A stretch of 54,768 bases of DNA from an uncultured archaeon. Its GTDB lineage: Archaea; Aenigmatarchaeota; Aenigmatarchaeia; CG10238-14; SCSR01. The notes under the pieces are model-generated. The model worked only from the letters and a program-made list of their open reading frames with translations. It was not told where the DNA came from and ran no database searches. Position 1 is the stretch's first letter. Each line of letters starts with the position of its first letter. The DNA lies in NCBI GenBank assembly GCA_964601215.1, contig CAZRMN010000002.1:2314-57081 (forward strand), read 5' to 3'. A program made the position numbers and the translations under genes. Below, in pieces: positions 16,404-25,159 of this stretch.

Positions 16404-18260
16404 ATGAGAATACTTCAGTTGCACTCAGATTTTATTGAATATGAACTAATAAAAAAAGAAATCCCTCAAGCAGAGGAAAAAAAGAAAAAGAAAGAGAAAT
16501 TTGAAAACATACTTGTTTTGTTTACTTGTGTAGAAAAAGGCGATAATAAAAAAACTGCTAAAAAAGCTATTGAAGAAACAAAAAATTTTCTCAAAAAATT
16601 AAAACTAAATAGAATTTTAATTTATCCCTTTGCTCATTTAAGTCCAAACTTAGCTAAACCCCAAGATGCTCTAGAAATTATAAAAAAAATGGAAAAGTGT
16701 GCAAAAAAACTTAAAATTGAAGCTTATCGTGCCCCATTTGGTTGGAATAAAGCTTTACAAATTAAAGTGAAAGGCCATCCTTTAGCCGAGCAATTGAGAA
16801 CGATAACTTCAGAAGGAAAAGAAGAAAAAATTTCAAAAGCTTTGAAAGCAGAGAAAAAAATAAAATCTTATTGGTACATATTAACTCCAGAAGAAAAACT
16901 AATACCAGTTGAAAAATTTGACTTTTCTAGGTTTATAAACTTAAAAAAATTTGCTGATTATGAAATATCTAAGGTTAGAGCGGTTCAACAAATTCCTCCT
17001 CATGTTACATTAATGAAAAAGCTGGAAATAGCGGATTATGAACCTGGTTCAGACCCAGGAAACATGAGATGGTACCCAAAAGGTAGACTAATTAAATCCT
17101 TGCTCGAAGAGTTTGTCACCAAAAAAGTTATTGACTATGGAGGAATGGAAGTTGAAACTCCTGTGATGTACGATTTCCAACATCCTGTTTTAGAAAGTTA
17201 TTTGAACAGATTCCCAGCAAGACAATATGTAGTGAAATCGGATAAAAAAGAATACTTCTTGAGGTTTTCAGCATGTTTTGGTCAATTTTTAATGGCACAT
17301 GACACAAAGATTTCTTACAAGCAACTACCTTTCAGAATTTATGAACTTACAAGATATAGCTTCAGAAGAGAAAAAAGTGGGGAACTTGTTGGATTAAGAA
17401 GATTAAGAGCTTTTACTATGCCTGATGTTCATGCTATTTGTGCTGATTTAAAGCAAGCTATGGAAGAATTCAAAAGAAGATTCGACCTTTGTGTAGAGGT
17501 ATTAAAGGGGATTGGTTTAGAGAAAAAAGATTATGAACTAGCAATAAGAGTTACAAAAGATTTTTATGAAAAACACAAAGAATTTGTTTTTTCCCTGGTC
17601 AAAAAACATGGAAAGCCAGCTTTGGTTGAAATGTGGGATGAAAAATTCTTCTATTTCATCCTTAAGTGGGAGTTCAACTTTGTGGATAATTTGAATAAAG
17701 CTTCTGCTCTTTCTACAGATCAGATTGATGTAGAAAATGGAAAAAGATATGGAATAACTTATGTTGATAGGAATGGAAAGAAGCATTACCCAATTATTTT
17801 ACATTGTTCGCCAAGTGGTGCAATAGAAAGATGTATATATGCAATACTAGAAAAAGCTTATGCTGATAAGAAAAAGGGTAAAGTACCTCATTTTCCTTTA
17901 TGGTTATCACCGACCCAAGTTAGATTAATTCCTCTTTCCGACGAATACATAAAAAAATGTGAAGAAATAGCAAAGGAATTGGAAGAAAAAAGAATAAGAG
18001 TTGATATAGACGATAGGAAAGAAACTGTGGAAAAAAGGATAAGGGAAGCTGAAATTGAATGGGTTCCTTACATTTGTATAATAGGAAAAAAAGAAGTTGA
18101 AAAAAACATTTTATCAGTAAGAATAAGGGAAGAAAAGAAAATAAAAGAAATGAGTGTTGAAGAGCTTGTTAAAACCATAAGTGAAAAAACAAAAGATAAA
18201 CCATTCAAAAAACTATCCTTACCTAAAAAAATCTCTGAAAGACCTGTTTTTGTTGGTTAA
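16404..18260 (+). CDS. thrS: Threonyl-tRNA synthetase, archaeal type with N-terminal editing domain
   Basis: MRILQLHSDFIEY, RAPFGWNKA, LRFSACFGQF, LRRLRAFTMPDVH, LHCSPSGAIER. Confidence 0.97.
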   Translation: MRILQLHSDFIEYELIKKEIPQAEEKKKKKEKFENILVLFTCVEKGDNKKTAKKAIEETKNFLKKLKLNRILIYPFAHLSPNLAKPQDALEIIKKMEKCAKKLKIEAYRAPFGWNKALQIKVKGHPLAEQLRTITSEGKEEKISKALKAEKKIKSYWYILTPEEKLIPVEKFDFSRFINLKKFADYEISKVRAVQQIPPHVTLMKKLEIADYEPGSDPGNMRWYPKGRLIKSLLEEFVTKKVIDYGGMEVETPVMYDFQHPVLESYLNRFPARQYVVKSDKKEYFLRFSACFGQFLMAHDTKISYKQLPFRIYELTRYSFRREKSGELVGLRRLRAFTMPDVHAICADLKQAMEEFKRRFDLCVEVLKGIGLEKKDYELAIRVTKDFYEKHKEFVFSLVKKHGKPALVEMWDEKFFYFILKWEFNFVDNLNKASALSTDQIDVENGKRYGITYVDRNGKKHYPIILHCSPSGAIERCIYAILEKAYADKKKGKVPHFPLWLSPTQVRLIPLSDEYIKKCEEIAKELEEKRIRVDIDDRKETVEKRIREAEIEWVPYICIIGKKEVEKNILSVRIREEKKIKEMSVEELVKTISEKTKDKPFKKLSLPKKISERPVFVG

Positions 18261-18262
18261 AA

Positions 18263-19081
18263 CTAACCAACTGCTTTGGAATGATTCCAAACTAGTTTAA
18301 ACAAGGGCTCTAAAAGATTACTTGCGGCATGCTCGCTCTTACTCCAAACTGCTATATCTTGGGTTTTATGTACTCTTTTTGCATCAGTTAAAGAAAAAAC
18401 TAATTCATTACCATCCACTATTGCAAACCTACCATTCAAAGGAATTTCTTTTTCATCAGCTATTCTTATTTCTGCAATTCCGCTCAAAGCTTTTATAGCA
18501 TCAGAACATCTTTCAGACTCATTAGTAATTATTTTAATCTCAACACCTTTTTCCTTAGCTTTTCTTAAAGTTTCTAAATGATTTTCAAAAATTTCGTTTA
18601 AGCCCTCGGGTGTAGTTACTATATTAATCCTATTCTTAGCATTTTTGAACATTGTTTCTAATTGCTGATAAACAGAAAACTTTCCTTTTATTGCTCCTGT
18701 TATTTCTTCTGGTGAGACTACTTTTAATCCTTGAGCATATATTTCATTCAACTCTCTCATCACTTGTGACTCTTTTAGCGAGTCAATTTTTTGGATAGTT
18801 TGTTTAAATTCTTCTTCTAGTTTTTTCTTGGCTCTTTCTAGAGCTTCTTCTGGCGGAACAGCAACATATCTTATTGGTTTGCCAGTTTGAACTATTACAA
18901 AACCTTTTTCGGCTAAGCTCTGAAGAACATCGTAAGCCCTGCTCCTAGGTACACCAGCGATTTCAGATAATTCACCAGCTGTAGAAGTTCCTCTTGCAAG
19001 TAAAGCAATCCATAATTTTCTTTCGTATAAATTAAGACCAATTCCCTTTAATGCGTCTAGAACCTTTGGTGAGGCTAACAT
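18263..19081 (-). CDS. TrmB-family transcriptional regulator
   Basis: GLNLYERK, AGELSEIAGVPRSRAYDVLQSL..KGFV, C-terminal PLD-like RFAIVDG. Confidence 0.92.
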   Translation of the reverse strand: MLASPKVLDALKGIGLNLYERKLWIALLARGTSTAGELSEIAGVPRSRAYDVLQSLAEKGFVIVQTGKPIRYVAVPPEEALERAKKKLEEEFKQTIQKIDSLKESQVMRELNEIYAQGLKVVSPEEITGAIKGKFSVYQQLETMFKNAKNRINIVTTPEGLNEIFENHLETLRKAKEKGVEIKIITNESERCSDAIKALSGIAEIRIADEKEIPLNGRFAIVDGNELVFSLTDAKRVHKTQDIAVWSKSEHAASNLLEPLFKLVWNHSKAVG

Positions 19082-19183
19082 TTTTTCCCCTTGTTACTAA
19101 GTAGTGATTTAATATATAAATTATTAAAGTTTAATTTTTCAAACAAAAAGATTTTATACTTTACTCATAAAAATTTTTTAAAC

Positions 19184-21913
19184 CTATCCCCTCTTGCCTT
19201 GAGATTTATACAATTCTCTAACTCTTTGAATAGTATCTGCCTCGCTAGGCCCTTTATCATCCCTTATCCTCACTAATCGAGGAAACCTTAAAGCAAAACC
19301 AGATTCATAGTTTGGAGATTTTTGAATTTCTTGATAAGCTACCTCTACTACAACCTTTGGTTTGATTTTAACTTCTCTTCCCCTTTCCTCTTCTATTAAT
19401 TTTTTAAGAATTTTTGTCATATTTTCGAATTGCTCTTCTGTTAAACCTGTACCCATCATACCACAAGGCAAAAATTTTCCTGTATCAGGGTCTCTGCAAG
19501 CTAGAACATAAGAGCTAAGCCAGTTTGCTCTAGAACCAACACCCCATGTTGCACCAACTATAACCAGATCTAAAGTTTCCATTATTGGTTTAATTTTGTA
19601 CATTGTACCAACATGCCTCCCAAAAACATAAGGAGAATCCAAAACCTTGAGCATGAGCCCTTCTTGATTTTCCTTTAAAGCTTGTTGATAAAACTTTTCA
19701 AGTTTTTTCACATCACCAGTAATTATTTGTTTTGCTAACTCAAACTTTCCAGGAATTACTTTAATTGTTCTTTCCAAAATCTTCCTTCTTTCCCTGAAAG
19801 GTTTGTCAAAAAGTTCTTTTCCTTCCAGGTAAACTATGTCGAAGAGATGAATTTGAATGGGTATTTCTTTTACCATTTTTTCAATATCATATTTCCTATG
19901 AATTCTTTGGGACAAAACTTGGAATGGTAAGGGGGAACCAGTTTTTGGGTCTATTCCAAGAACTTCCCCTTCTACTATGCATTCTTTTGCTTTAATTCCT
20001 TTTTTACATAGCTCAACTAAGTCAGGAAATTGTTTTGTAACATTTTCTTGTCTTCTTGTAAAAAGCCAGATTTTATCTCCTTTTTTATGAATTTGGCAAT
20101 TATGCATAGCTAGCATGGTTGTACAATAGCTCTGATCATCCTCGACCTCTAAATTATAAAAATTCGACCTAGGATCAGGATACTTTACTTCTTTTTTCCT
20201 TAAAATCTTAACGAATACTTTATTTCCAACTATTCTTGCATAAGTATTACTTTTTGGCAGAATTAACTTGTAATAAGTTCTTCCTTTTACCCTTATTTTC
20301 TTTATACCTATTATCTTTCTATGTTTAAGTGCAAGAAATTGAACCATCATTGCAATAGTTTTTTCTTTTGTAGTAATAGTAACAGTACCATTTTTGTCCG
20401 TACTACCGTCAGCTTCGACCAAACCTTGCAAAAATTCCAAAAACCTTTTTTTATCAAGGCCTATAAACCATTCAGGAAGAGTCTTACCCTTCCATCCTCT
20501 TCTCTTATGTCTAAAATTATGAGAAAGCCAAATCATAAAAGGTTTATCAGTCCAGTAGATATCAATAGCTCCAGGGTAGTTATAATTAGAAATATTTTTT
20601 ATTCCAAATTCTTTTCTTATGATTCTTTTATACTTTTCACAAAGTTTTTTTTCAGTTTTTTTATTAAATTGAAGACCTATTCTAAAATTTCCATTAAAAG
20701 TATTTGTATAACCATCACCTATCCAAAAACCCAGAAATCTGAAAAAATTCTTATTTAGGGTAAACTCCTTTTTGTATCCATCTCTTGTGGTAAGAACCAT
20801 CTTTTGTGGTATATTTTTAGAACTAATTTTTGGGATCGGAAACACTACTTCAGCACTCTTAGGAACTTTTTCAACAGGTACCCATCTTGGTTTCCCGTCT
20901 AAATTAATTAAAATCTCGTGCCCTTCTGTAATTTTGAATTCGTTTCCGAGATAAGTAGAAATTTTAAAAACTCTTTCTCCTTTTCTTTTTTTTCTTTTTA
21001 GTTTTGCCACTACTTTTTTAAATCTACCAGTATGTGTAAGAACATAATCATTAACTTTCACATCTTTTACAGAAATTAAACCCTTATTCTTGACATATAT
21101 AGGTGTTAGCCCAGAAATGCACCTAACACCATCGTATTTGAATTCGGCAGCAACCTTCCCAAATTCATCCACAACTTCTTTAATATTTTCAGCTTTTTCT
21201 CCTAGCATTACTTGAATAGGCCTACCAAGCTGGACTTTAACTTTTTTTAATCCTTTTATCCCTTCCTCTTTTGCTATTCTTGCAATTTCACCAAAATCGG
21301 AGAGAATGTTCCAAGCATACTCTACAACTCGAGTTATTTTCTCTTTCTCTTTTTTGTCCATTCCTTCTTTCAACAAAAATGCTTTTATTATCGCATCTCT
21401 TATAATTCCTTCTGCCACCCCCACTCTTAGTTCCCCAAGAATGGTTCTAGTTATATATCTTGCCTCTTTTGGTTTTGCTGAAATAAGTAATTGAACGATT
21501 AAATCTAGCTTTTTGTCCTGAGAACCAACCCCAGTTATAAAAGGCAATTTTTGTAAATTCTTAAAAACTAAGTCTACTGTTAACTTCTTCTTCACAAGAG
21601 GTATTTGTTTTCTTGATTTAACACATTCCTCTGCTGTTAACCCCAAATCTCCAGTTTTTTTGAATATTTCTTCTACTTTTGCGGTACTAAAACCTGCAGC
21701 TTTAGAAATTGCTCTTATCATCATTTGCGTAGCAATCCCTAATTCATAGCCTAAAAATTTGGGGAATACTACTCCTTGGACTAATAATACAACTTTTGGT
21801 AGGTCTTCTGTTGGTGTTTTTTTGAGTAAATTTGCAAGAATATTAGTTTTTTCAATTTTACCAGTTATCTTTTCCAATTTTTCATAAGTTTCTGCTAAGA
21901 TCGAATAATCCAT
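19184..21913 (-). CDS. lig: ATP-dependent DNA ligase precursor with intein (about 568 aa after splicing)
   Basis: EFKYDGVR, then after the intein CQIH, IVEGE, FDIVY, EGLMLK, YKIK, DLVIVG, LRFPR. Confidence 0.97.
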   Translation of the reverse strand: MDYSILAETYEKLEKITGKIEKTNILANLLKKTPTEDLPKVVLLVQGVVFPKFLGYELGIATQMMIRAISKAAGFSTAKVEEIFKKTGDLGLTAEECVKSRKQIPLVKKKLTVDLVFKNLQKLPFITGVGSQDKKLDLIVQLLISAKPKEARYITRTILGELRVGVAEGIIRDAIIKAFLLKEGMDKKEKEKITRVVEYAWNILSDFGEIARIAKEEGIKGLKKVKVQLGRPIQVMLGEKAENIKEVVDEFGKVAAEFKYDGVRCISGLTPIYVKNKGLISVKDVKVNDYVLTHTGRFKKVVAKLKRKKRKGERVFKISTYLGNEFKITEGHEILINLDGKPRWVPVEKVPKSAEVVFPIPKISSKNIPQKMVLTTRDGYKKEFTLNKNFFRFLGFWIGDGYTNTFNGNFRIGLQFNKKTEKKLCEKYKRIIRKEFGIKNISNYNYPGAIDIYWTDKPFMIWLSHNFRHKRRGWKGKTLPEWFIGLDKKRFLEFLQGLVEADGSTDKNGTVTITTKEKTIAMMVQFLALKHRKIIGIKKIRVKGRTYYKLILPKSNTYARIVGNKVFVKILRKKEVKYPDPRSNFYNLEVEDDQSYCTTMLAMHNCQIHKKGDKIWLFTRRQENVTKQFPDLVELCKKGIKAKECIVEGEVLGIDPKTGSPLPFQVLSQRIHRKYDIEKMVKEIPIQIHLFDIVYLEGKELFDKPFRERRKILERTIKVIPGKFELAKQIITGDVKKLEKFYQQALKENQEGLMLKVLDSPYVFGRHVGTMYKIKPIMETLDLVIVGATWGVGSRANWLSSYVLACRDPDTGKFLPCGMMGTGLTEEQFENMTKILKKLIEEERGREVKIKPKVVVEVAYQEIQKSPNYESGFALRFPRLVRIRDDKGPSEADTIQRVRELYKSQGKRG
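20099..21121 (-). mobile_element. 341-aa intein with LAGLIDADG homing endonuclease
   Basis: Block A CISGLTPIYV, block B ITEGH, LGFWIGDG and LQGLVEADG, block F FYNLEVEDDQSY, terminal HN followed by Cys+1. Confidence 0.95.
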
Positions 21914-21971
21914 ACAATCAACATTTAAGTTCTTATAATTTAATATTTATAGATATTGAGGATGATATGTG

Positions 21972-22133
21972 ATGCCTCATACATGGACGTTTGGCTTTTG
22001 TGAAGTTTGTCTCAAGAATTCCCACAAAAAAATAAAAATGGTAAAAAGAAAAATTGTTTCTGGCGACCCTAAAGGAAATTATTCTAAAGAGATGTGGGTT
22101 TGTCCTGAATGTGGGGCAACTAAAGAACTATAA
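21972..22133 (+). CDS. Zn-ribbon microprotein, 53 aa
   Basis: Manual translation MPHTWTFGFCEVCLKNSHKKIKMVKRKIVSGDPKGNYSKEMWVCPECGATKEL; SD-like GAGGATGA upstream. Confidence 0.75.
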   Translation: MPHTWTFGFCEVCLKNSHKKIKMVKRKIVSGDPKGNYSKEMWVCPECGATKEL

Positions 22134-22215
22134 ATTTCAAGAAAACTAAAACTTTTCCAAAAATTATTAGTACCAAAAGTTTTAATCGTTAAAATAAAAA
22201 GTTTTATTAGAGAAA

Positions 22216-22872
22216 ATGAACATTTTTGAAGCTATAATGAGTAGGAGAAGTATAAGAAAATTTGAAAAAAAGCCTGTGGATGAAAAATTAATAGGTTTAA
22301 TACTTTATATGGCGACTTGTGCCCCTTCTGCTGGTAACACTCAAGATTGGGTTTTTATTGTTGTTGAAGACGAAAATAAAAAACAAAGAATTGCAAAAGC
22401 TGCATTAGAACAAAAATTCATCGCAGAAGCTCCGGTAGTTATAGTTGTTTGCAGTGATTTGCAAAAAATAAGTTTAAGGTATGGGGAAAGAGGAGAAAGA
22501 GTTTACTCAATACAAGATACTGCAGCTGCAATTCAAAACCTTTTACTAGCAGCCCATGCAGTAGGTTTAGGCTCTTGCTGGGTAGGAGCTTTTGATGAGG
22601 AAGAAATAAAACTAATACTCGAACTTCCTGACAATTTAAGACCCTTAGCTATTTTACCTGTAGGATATCCTGCTGAAAAACCAGAAGCTCCTAAAAGAAT
22701 ACCTTTTGAAAATTTAACTTATCTCAATAGATTTGGTGAAAAGTTTGAATTTGAGTTCAAACCACTTGGAAATTATATAGAAGATGCTTTTAAAAAATTA
22801 AAGAAAAAGGAGAAAAAAACACCTAAGAAAAAACTAACTTTTGAAGAATTTTTGAAAATACTAGCCAAATAG
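22216..22872 (+). CDS. Nitroreductase family flavoprotein
   Basis: SRRSIRKF, APSAGNTQDW, QNLLLAAHAVGLGSCWVG. Confidence 0.92.
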   Translation: MNIFEAIMSRRSIRKFEKKPVDEKLIGLILYMATCAPSAGNTQDWVFIVVEDENKKQRIAKAALEQKFIAEAPVVIVVCSDLQKISLRYGERGERVYSIQDTAAAIQNLLLAAHAVGLGSCWVGAFDEEEIKLILELPDNLRPLAILPVGYPAEKPEAPKRIPFENLTYLNRFGEKFEFEFKPLGNYIEDAFKKLKKKEKKTPKKKLTFEEFLKILAK

Positions 22873-22906
22873 TTTAAAATATCTGAAATCCAATTTAAAA
22901 TAGGTA

Positions 22907-24337
22907 GTGAACGTGAAAAAGTTAAGTGTTATTGCTTTTTTAGTTAGCTTTTGCTTATTTATTTCTCCAGTTTTTGCACAAGTAGATTTGAAATTAAGCG
23001 AAGATTTTATTCGTCTATACGCTGGTGAATCTAAAGAAGTTTACGTAACGATTTTTAACAATCAAGATATAAAAGATAATTTTGTTTTAAGTATTTGGCC
23101 TCTTCCGCCTAGCGAGGTCAGTTTATCCCTCGAAAAGTATTTATTAACCTTAGAACCACATACAAATCAAACTATTAAAATGTTTTTGAGCGCTCCTGAA
23201 TGTGCTGGTGAAACTACAACCCAATTTAAGATTTCAACAAAAGCTACAACAACAAATGCTACTATATCCAAAAATTTCATCCTTTCAGTTTCAAGAAGGT
23301 ATATAATTTGCATTTCTGATTTTAAGTTAGATAAATACGGACCTTTTGAACCGAAGGATAGTTTTAAAATAACAGTCGACTTGACAAATCCAACAATTAA
23401 AAATTCTCCAGATTTTTACGTTCAAATTAACATTGAAAAAGATAATAAAATTGTAAAAAGATTCGATGACTACATTTCTACGCTACAGCAAAAGAGCTCG
23501 ACTTCAGTTTCTCATACTTATACTTTTGATAAATATGCAAGTCCAGGAGAATACATGATGGAAATTTTACTAAAAGACAACAAAGGAATAGTTAAAAGTA
23601 GTAAAAATTTAACTGTAGAAGTAAAAGCGATAAATAATACTGTTTTTAAAAGGTCTACTGAATTAAGCTTGCTTTCAGCTATAACCACAGTTGTAGCAAA
23701 GAATGAGGGAAATGTTCCAGTACCTATAACTATTAGAACTTCAATTCCAAGTTTTGCAAAAAACTTGTTCTTTGCAAAAGTAGCACCGAATAGAACTGAA
23801 GAAACTACTGGATGGGTAGAGTATGTATGGTATTTTGAAAATGTTAAGCCAGGAGAGGAAGTAAAAGTAGTTTATGAAATCAAACTTTTCTATGTTTGGG
23901 TTTTTGGTTTAATACTTGTTGCAATAGTAATTTTTGCTTTCAAGTTTGTTTATGGACCAACCTTAGTCAAAAAATATAAAAGAGTAAGTGCTTTGAAACC
24001 TGGCAAAGAACTTACTATAGCTCTAGAAGTGAAAAATAGAAGTAGACATGAAATAACTAACGTAGAAGTAAAAGATCTGGTTCCAAAAATTTTTAAGCTT
24101 ACTGGAAAGTTTGGAACTCTTAAACCAACTTCAATTAAAAAAACAGATAAAGGAACTATTCTTGTGTGGAAATTTAAATCTATTAATCCTATGGATGAAA
24201 GAGTTTTAACTTATGGTATTCAACCAACTATAGAAATGGCTGGAAAATTGAGACTTCCAAAGGCTATAATAAAATACCTGGACAAAAAGAAAAGAATTAA
24301 AAAACTAATTTCAAAGTCGATTTTGCTCAAGCCGTAG
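22907..24337 (+). CDS. Membrane protein: signal peptide, Ig-like beta domains, TM helix, cytoplasmic Ig-like domain
   Basis: Signal peptide ending VFA, N-x-T sequons, TM segment VWVFGLILVAIVIFAF, C-terminal LEVKNRS..EVKDLVP. Confidence 0.7.
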   Translation: MNVKKLSVIAFLVSFCLFISPVFAQVDLKLSEDFIRLYAGESKEVYVTIFNNQDIKDNFVLSIWPLPPSEVSLSLEKYLLTLEPHTNQTIKMFLSAPECAGETTTQFKISTKATTTNATISKNFILSVSRRYIICISDFKLDKYGPFEPKDSFKITVDLTNPTIKNSPDFYVQINIEKDNKIVKRFDDYISTLQQKSSTSVSHTYTFDKYASPGEYMMEILLKDNKGIVKSSKNLTVEVKAINNTVFKRSTELSLLSAITTVVAKNEGNVPVPITIRTSIPSFAKNLFFAKVAPNRTEETTGWVEYVWYFENVKPGEEVKVVYEIKLFYVWVFGLILVAIVIFAFKFVYGPTLVKKYKRVSALKPGKELTIALEVKNRSRHEITNVEVKDLVPKIFKLTGKFGTLKPTSIKKTDKGTILVWKFKSINPMDERVLTYGIQPTIEMAGKLRLPKAIIKYLDKKKRIKKLISKSILLKP

Positions 24338-24378
24338 GAAAAATTTTTATATACAAAGAAATTTTATTCTATTGAAAG

Positions 24379-24492
24379 CCCCGCTTAGCTCAACGGTAGA
24401 GCGACCGGCTGTAGATAAGTGCTTTGGCACTTGTTGGTAGCCATCGCTCAGCACATACCGGTAGGTTGGGAGTTCAAATCTCCCAGCGGGGA
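24379..24492 (+). tRNA. tRNA-Tyr(GTA) with a 42-nt intron at 37/38 (24415-24456)
   Basis: C1-G72 acceptor CCCCGCT/AGCGGGG, ACCGG-CTGTAG[intron]A-CCGGT, GGGAG-TTCAAAT-CTCCC. Confidence 0.95.
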
Positions 24493-24533
24493 CTTAACGT
24501 TAAGTTTAAAAAAGCTTGAACCAATTAATAAAT

Positions 24534-24653
24534 TGGTTGGCGACCAAAGCGGACGGGAACGACCTGGTCCCATTCCGAACCCAGAAGTCAAACCGTCCAG
24601 CGGTGTGGGCTGTACTCTCCGAAAGGAGGGGAACTCCACAACGTTGCCAACCA
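24534..24653 (+). rRNA. rrf: 5S rRNA
   Basis: Terminal helix TGGTTGGCGAC/GTTGCCAACCA; conserved CCCATTCCGAACCCAGAAGTCAA; 120 nt. Confidence 0.95.
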
Positions 24654-24702
24654 TTCATTTTTTTAAATTTTTAAGATGTATGGAATAAAATATTATAAGA
24701 AT

Positions 24703-24796
24703 GCCTCGGTCGTCTAGGGGCCTAGGATGCAGGCCTGTCACGCCTGAGATGGAAAACCATCGGCGAACGACACGGGTTCAAATCCCGTCCGAGGCG
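24703..24796 (+). tRNA. tRNA-Asp(GTC) with a 21-nt intron at 43/44
   Basis: GCCTCGG/CCGAGGC plus G73, CAGGC-CTGTCAC-GCCTG, ACGGG-TTCAAAT-CCCGT; 25 nt in place of the 4-nt variable region. Confidence 0.94.
24747..24767 (+). other. Non-canonical tRNA intron at 43/44 with BHB-like motif
   Basis: Central helix CGCC/GGCG, bulges TG^A and AA^C, intron hairpin GATGG-AAAA-CCATC; excision leaves CGAC. Confidence 0.88.
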
Positions 24797-24917
24797 TTTA
24801 GAAAAGCGTTAAGTTTAAAAATACTCAAATACTTATATAGGAATATTAACCATCGAGGGATGGTGGAAAAATTTAGAAATTGTTTCTCTAGTAGAAGGGC
24901 TTTTTTCCGGTGGTAGA

Positions 24918-25157
24918 TTGAAAAAAATTAATATTGAAAAACATGAATTAGTACCAAAACATATTTTACTCAGCGAGAAGGAGAAACAAAAGCTATTGGA
25001 AAGATATGGAATAACTCTGGGTAAGTTGCCAAGAATACTATCTTCAGACCCGATGGTTAAAATTCTAAATGCAAAAGTTGGAGATGTAATAAAAATTATA
25101 AGAAAAAGTCCAACTGCTAAAGAATCAGTATATTATAGAGTTGTTGTGAAGGGATAA
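24918..25157 (+). CDS. rpoH: RNA polymerase subunit H (Rpo5), TTG start
   Basis: [31 protein letters not shown]. Confidence 0.97.
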   Translation: MKKINIEKHELVPKHILLSEKEKQKLLERYGITLGKLPRILSSDPMVKILNAKVGDVIKIIRKSPTAKESVYYRVVVKG

Positions 25158-25159
25158 GA

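Noticed and set aside
19091-19276. 61-aa ORF between trmB and lig
   Set aside because: It overlaps the ligase 3' end antisense and the AT-rich trmB promoter region, with no recognisable motif
24419-24916. ORFs 24419-24688, 24448-24654 and 24701-24916
   Set aside because: They overlap tRNA-Tyr, 5S rRNA and tRNA-Asp and are open only because of the higher GC content
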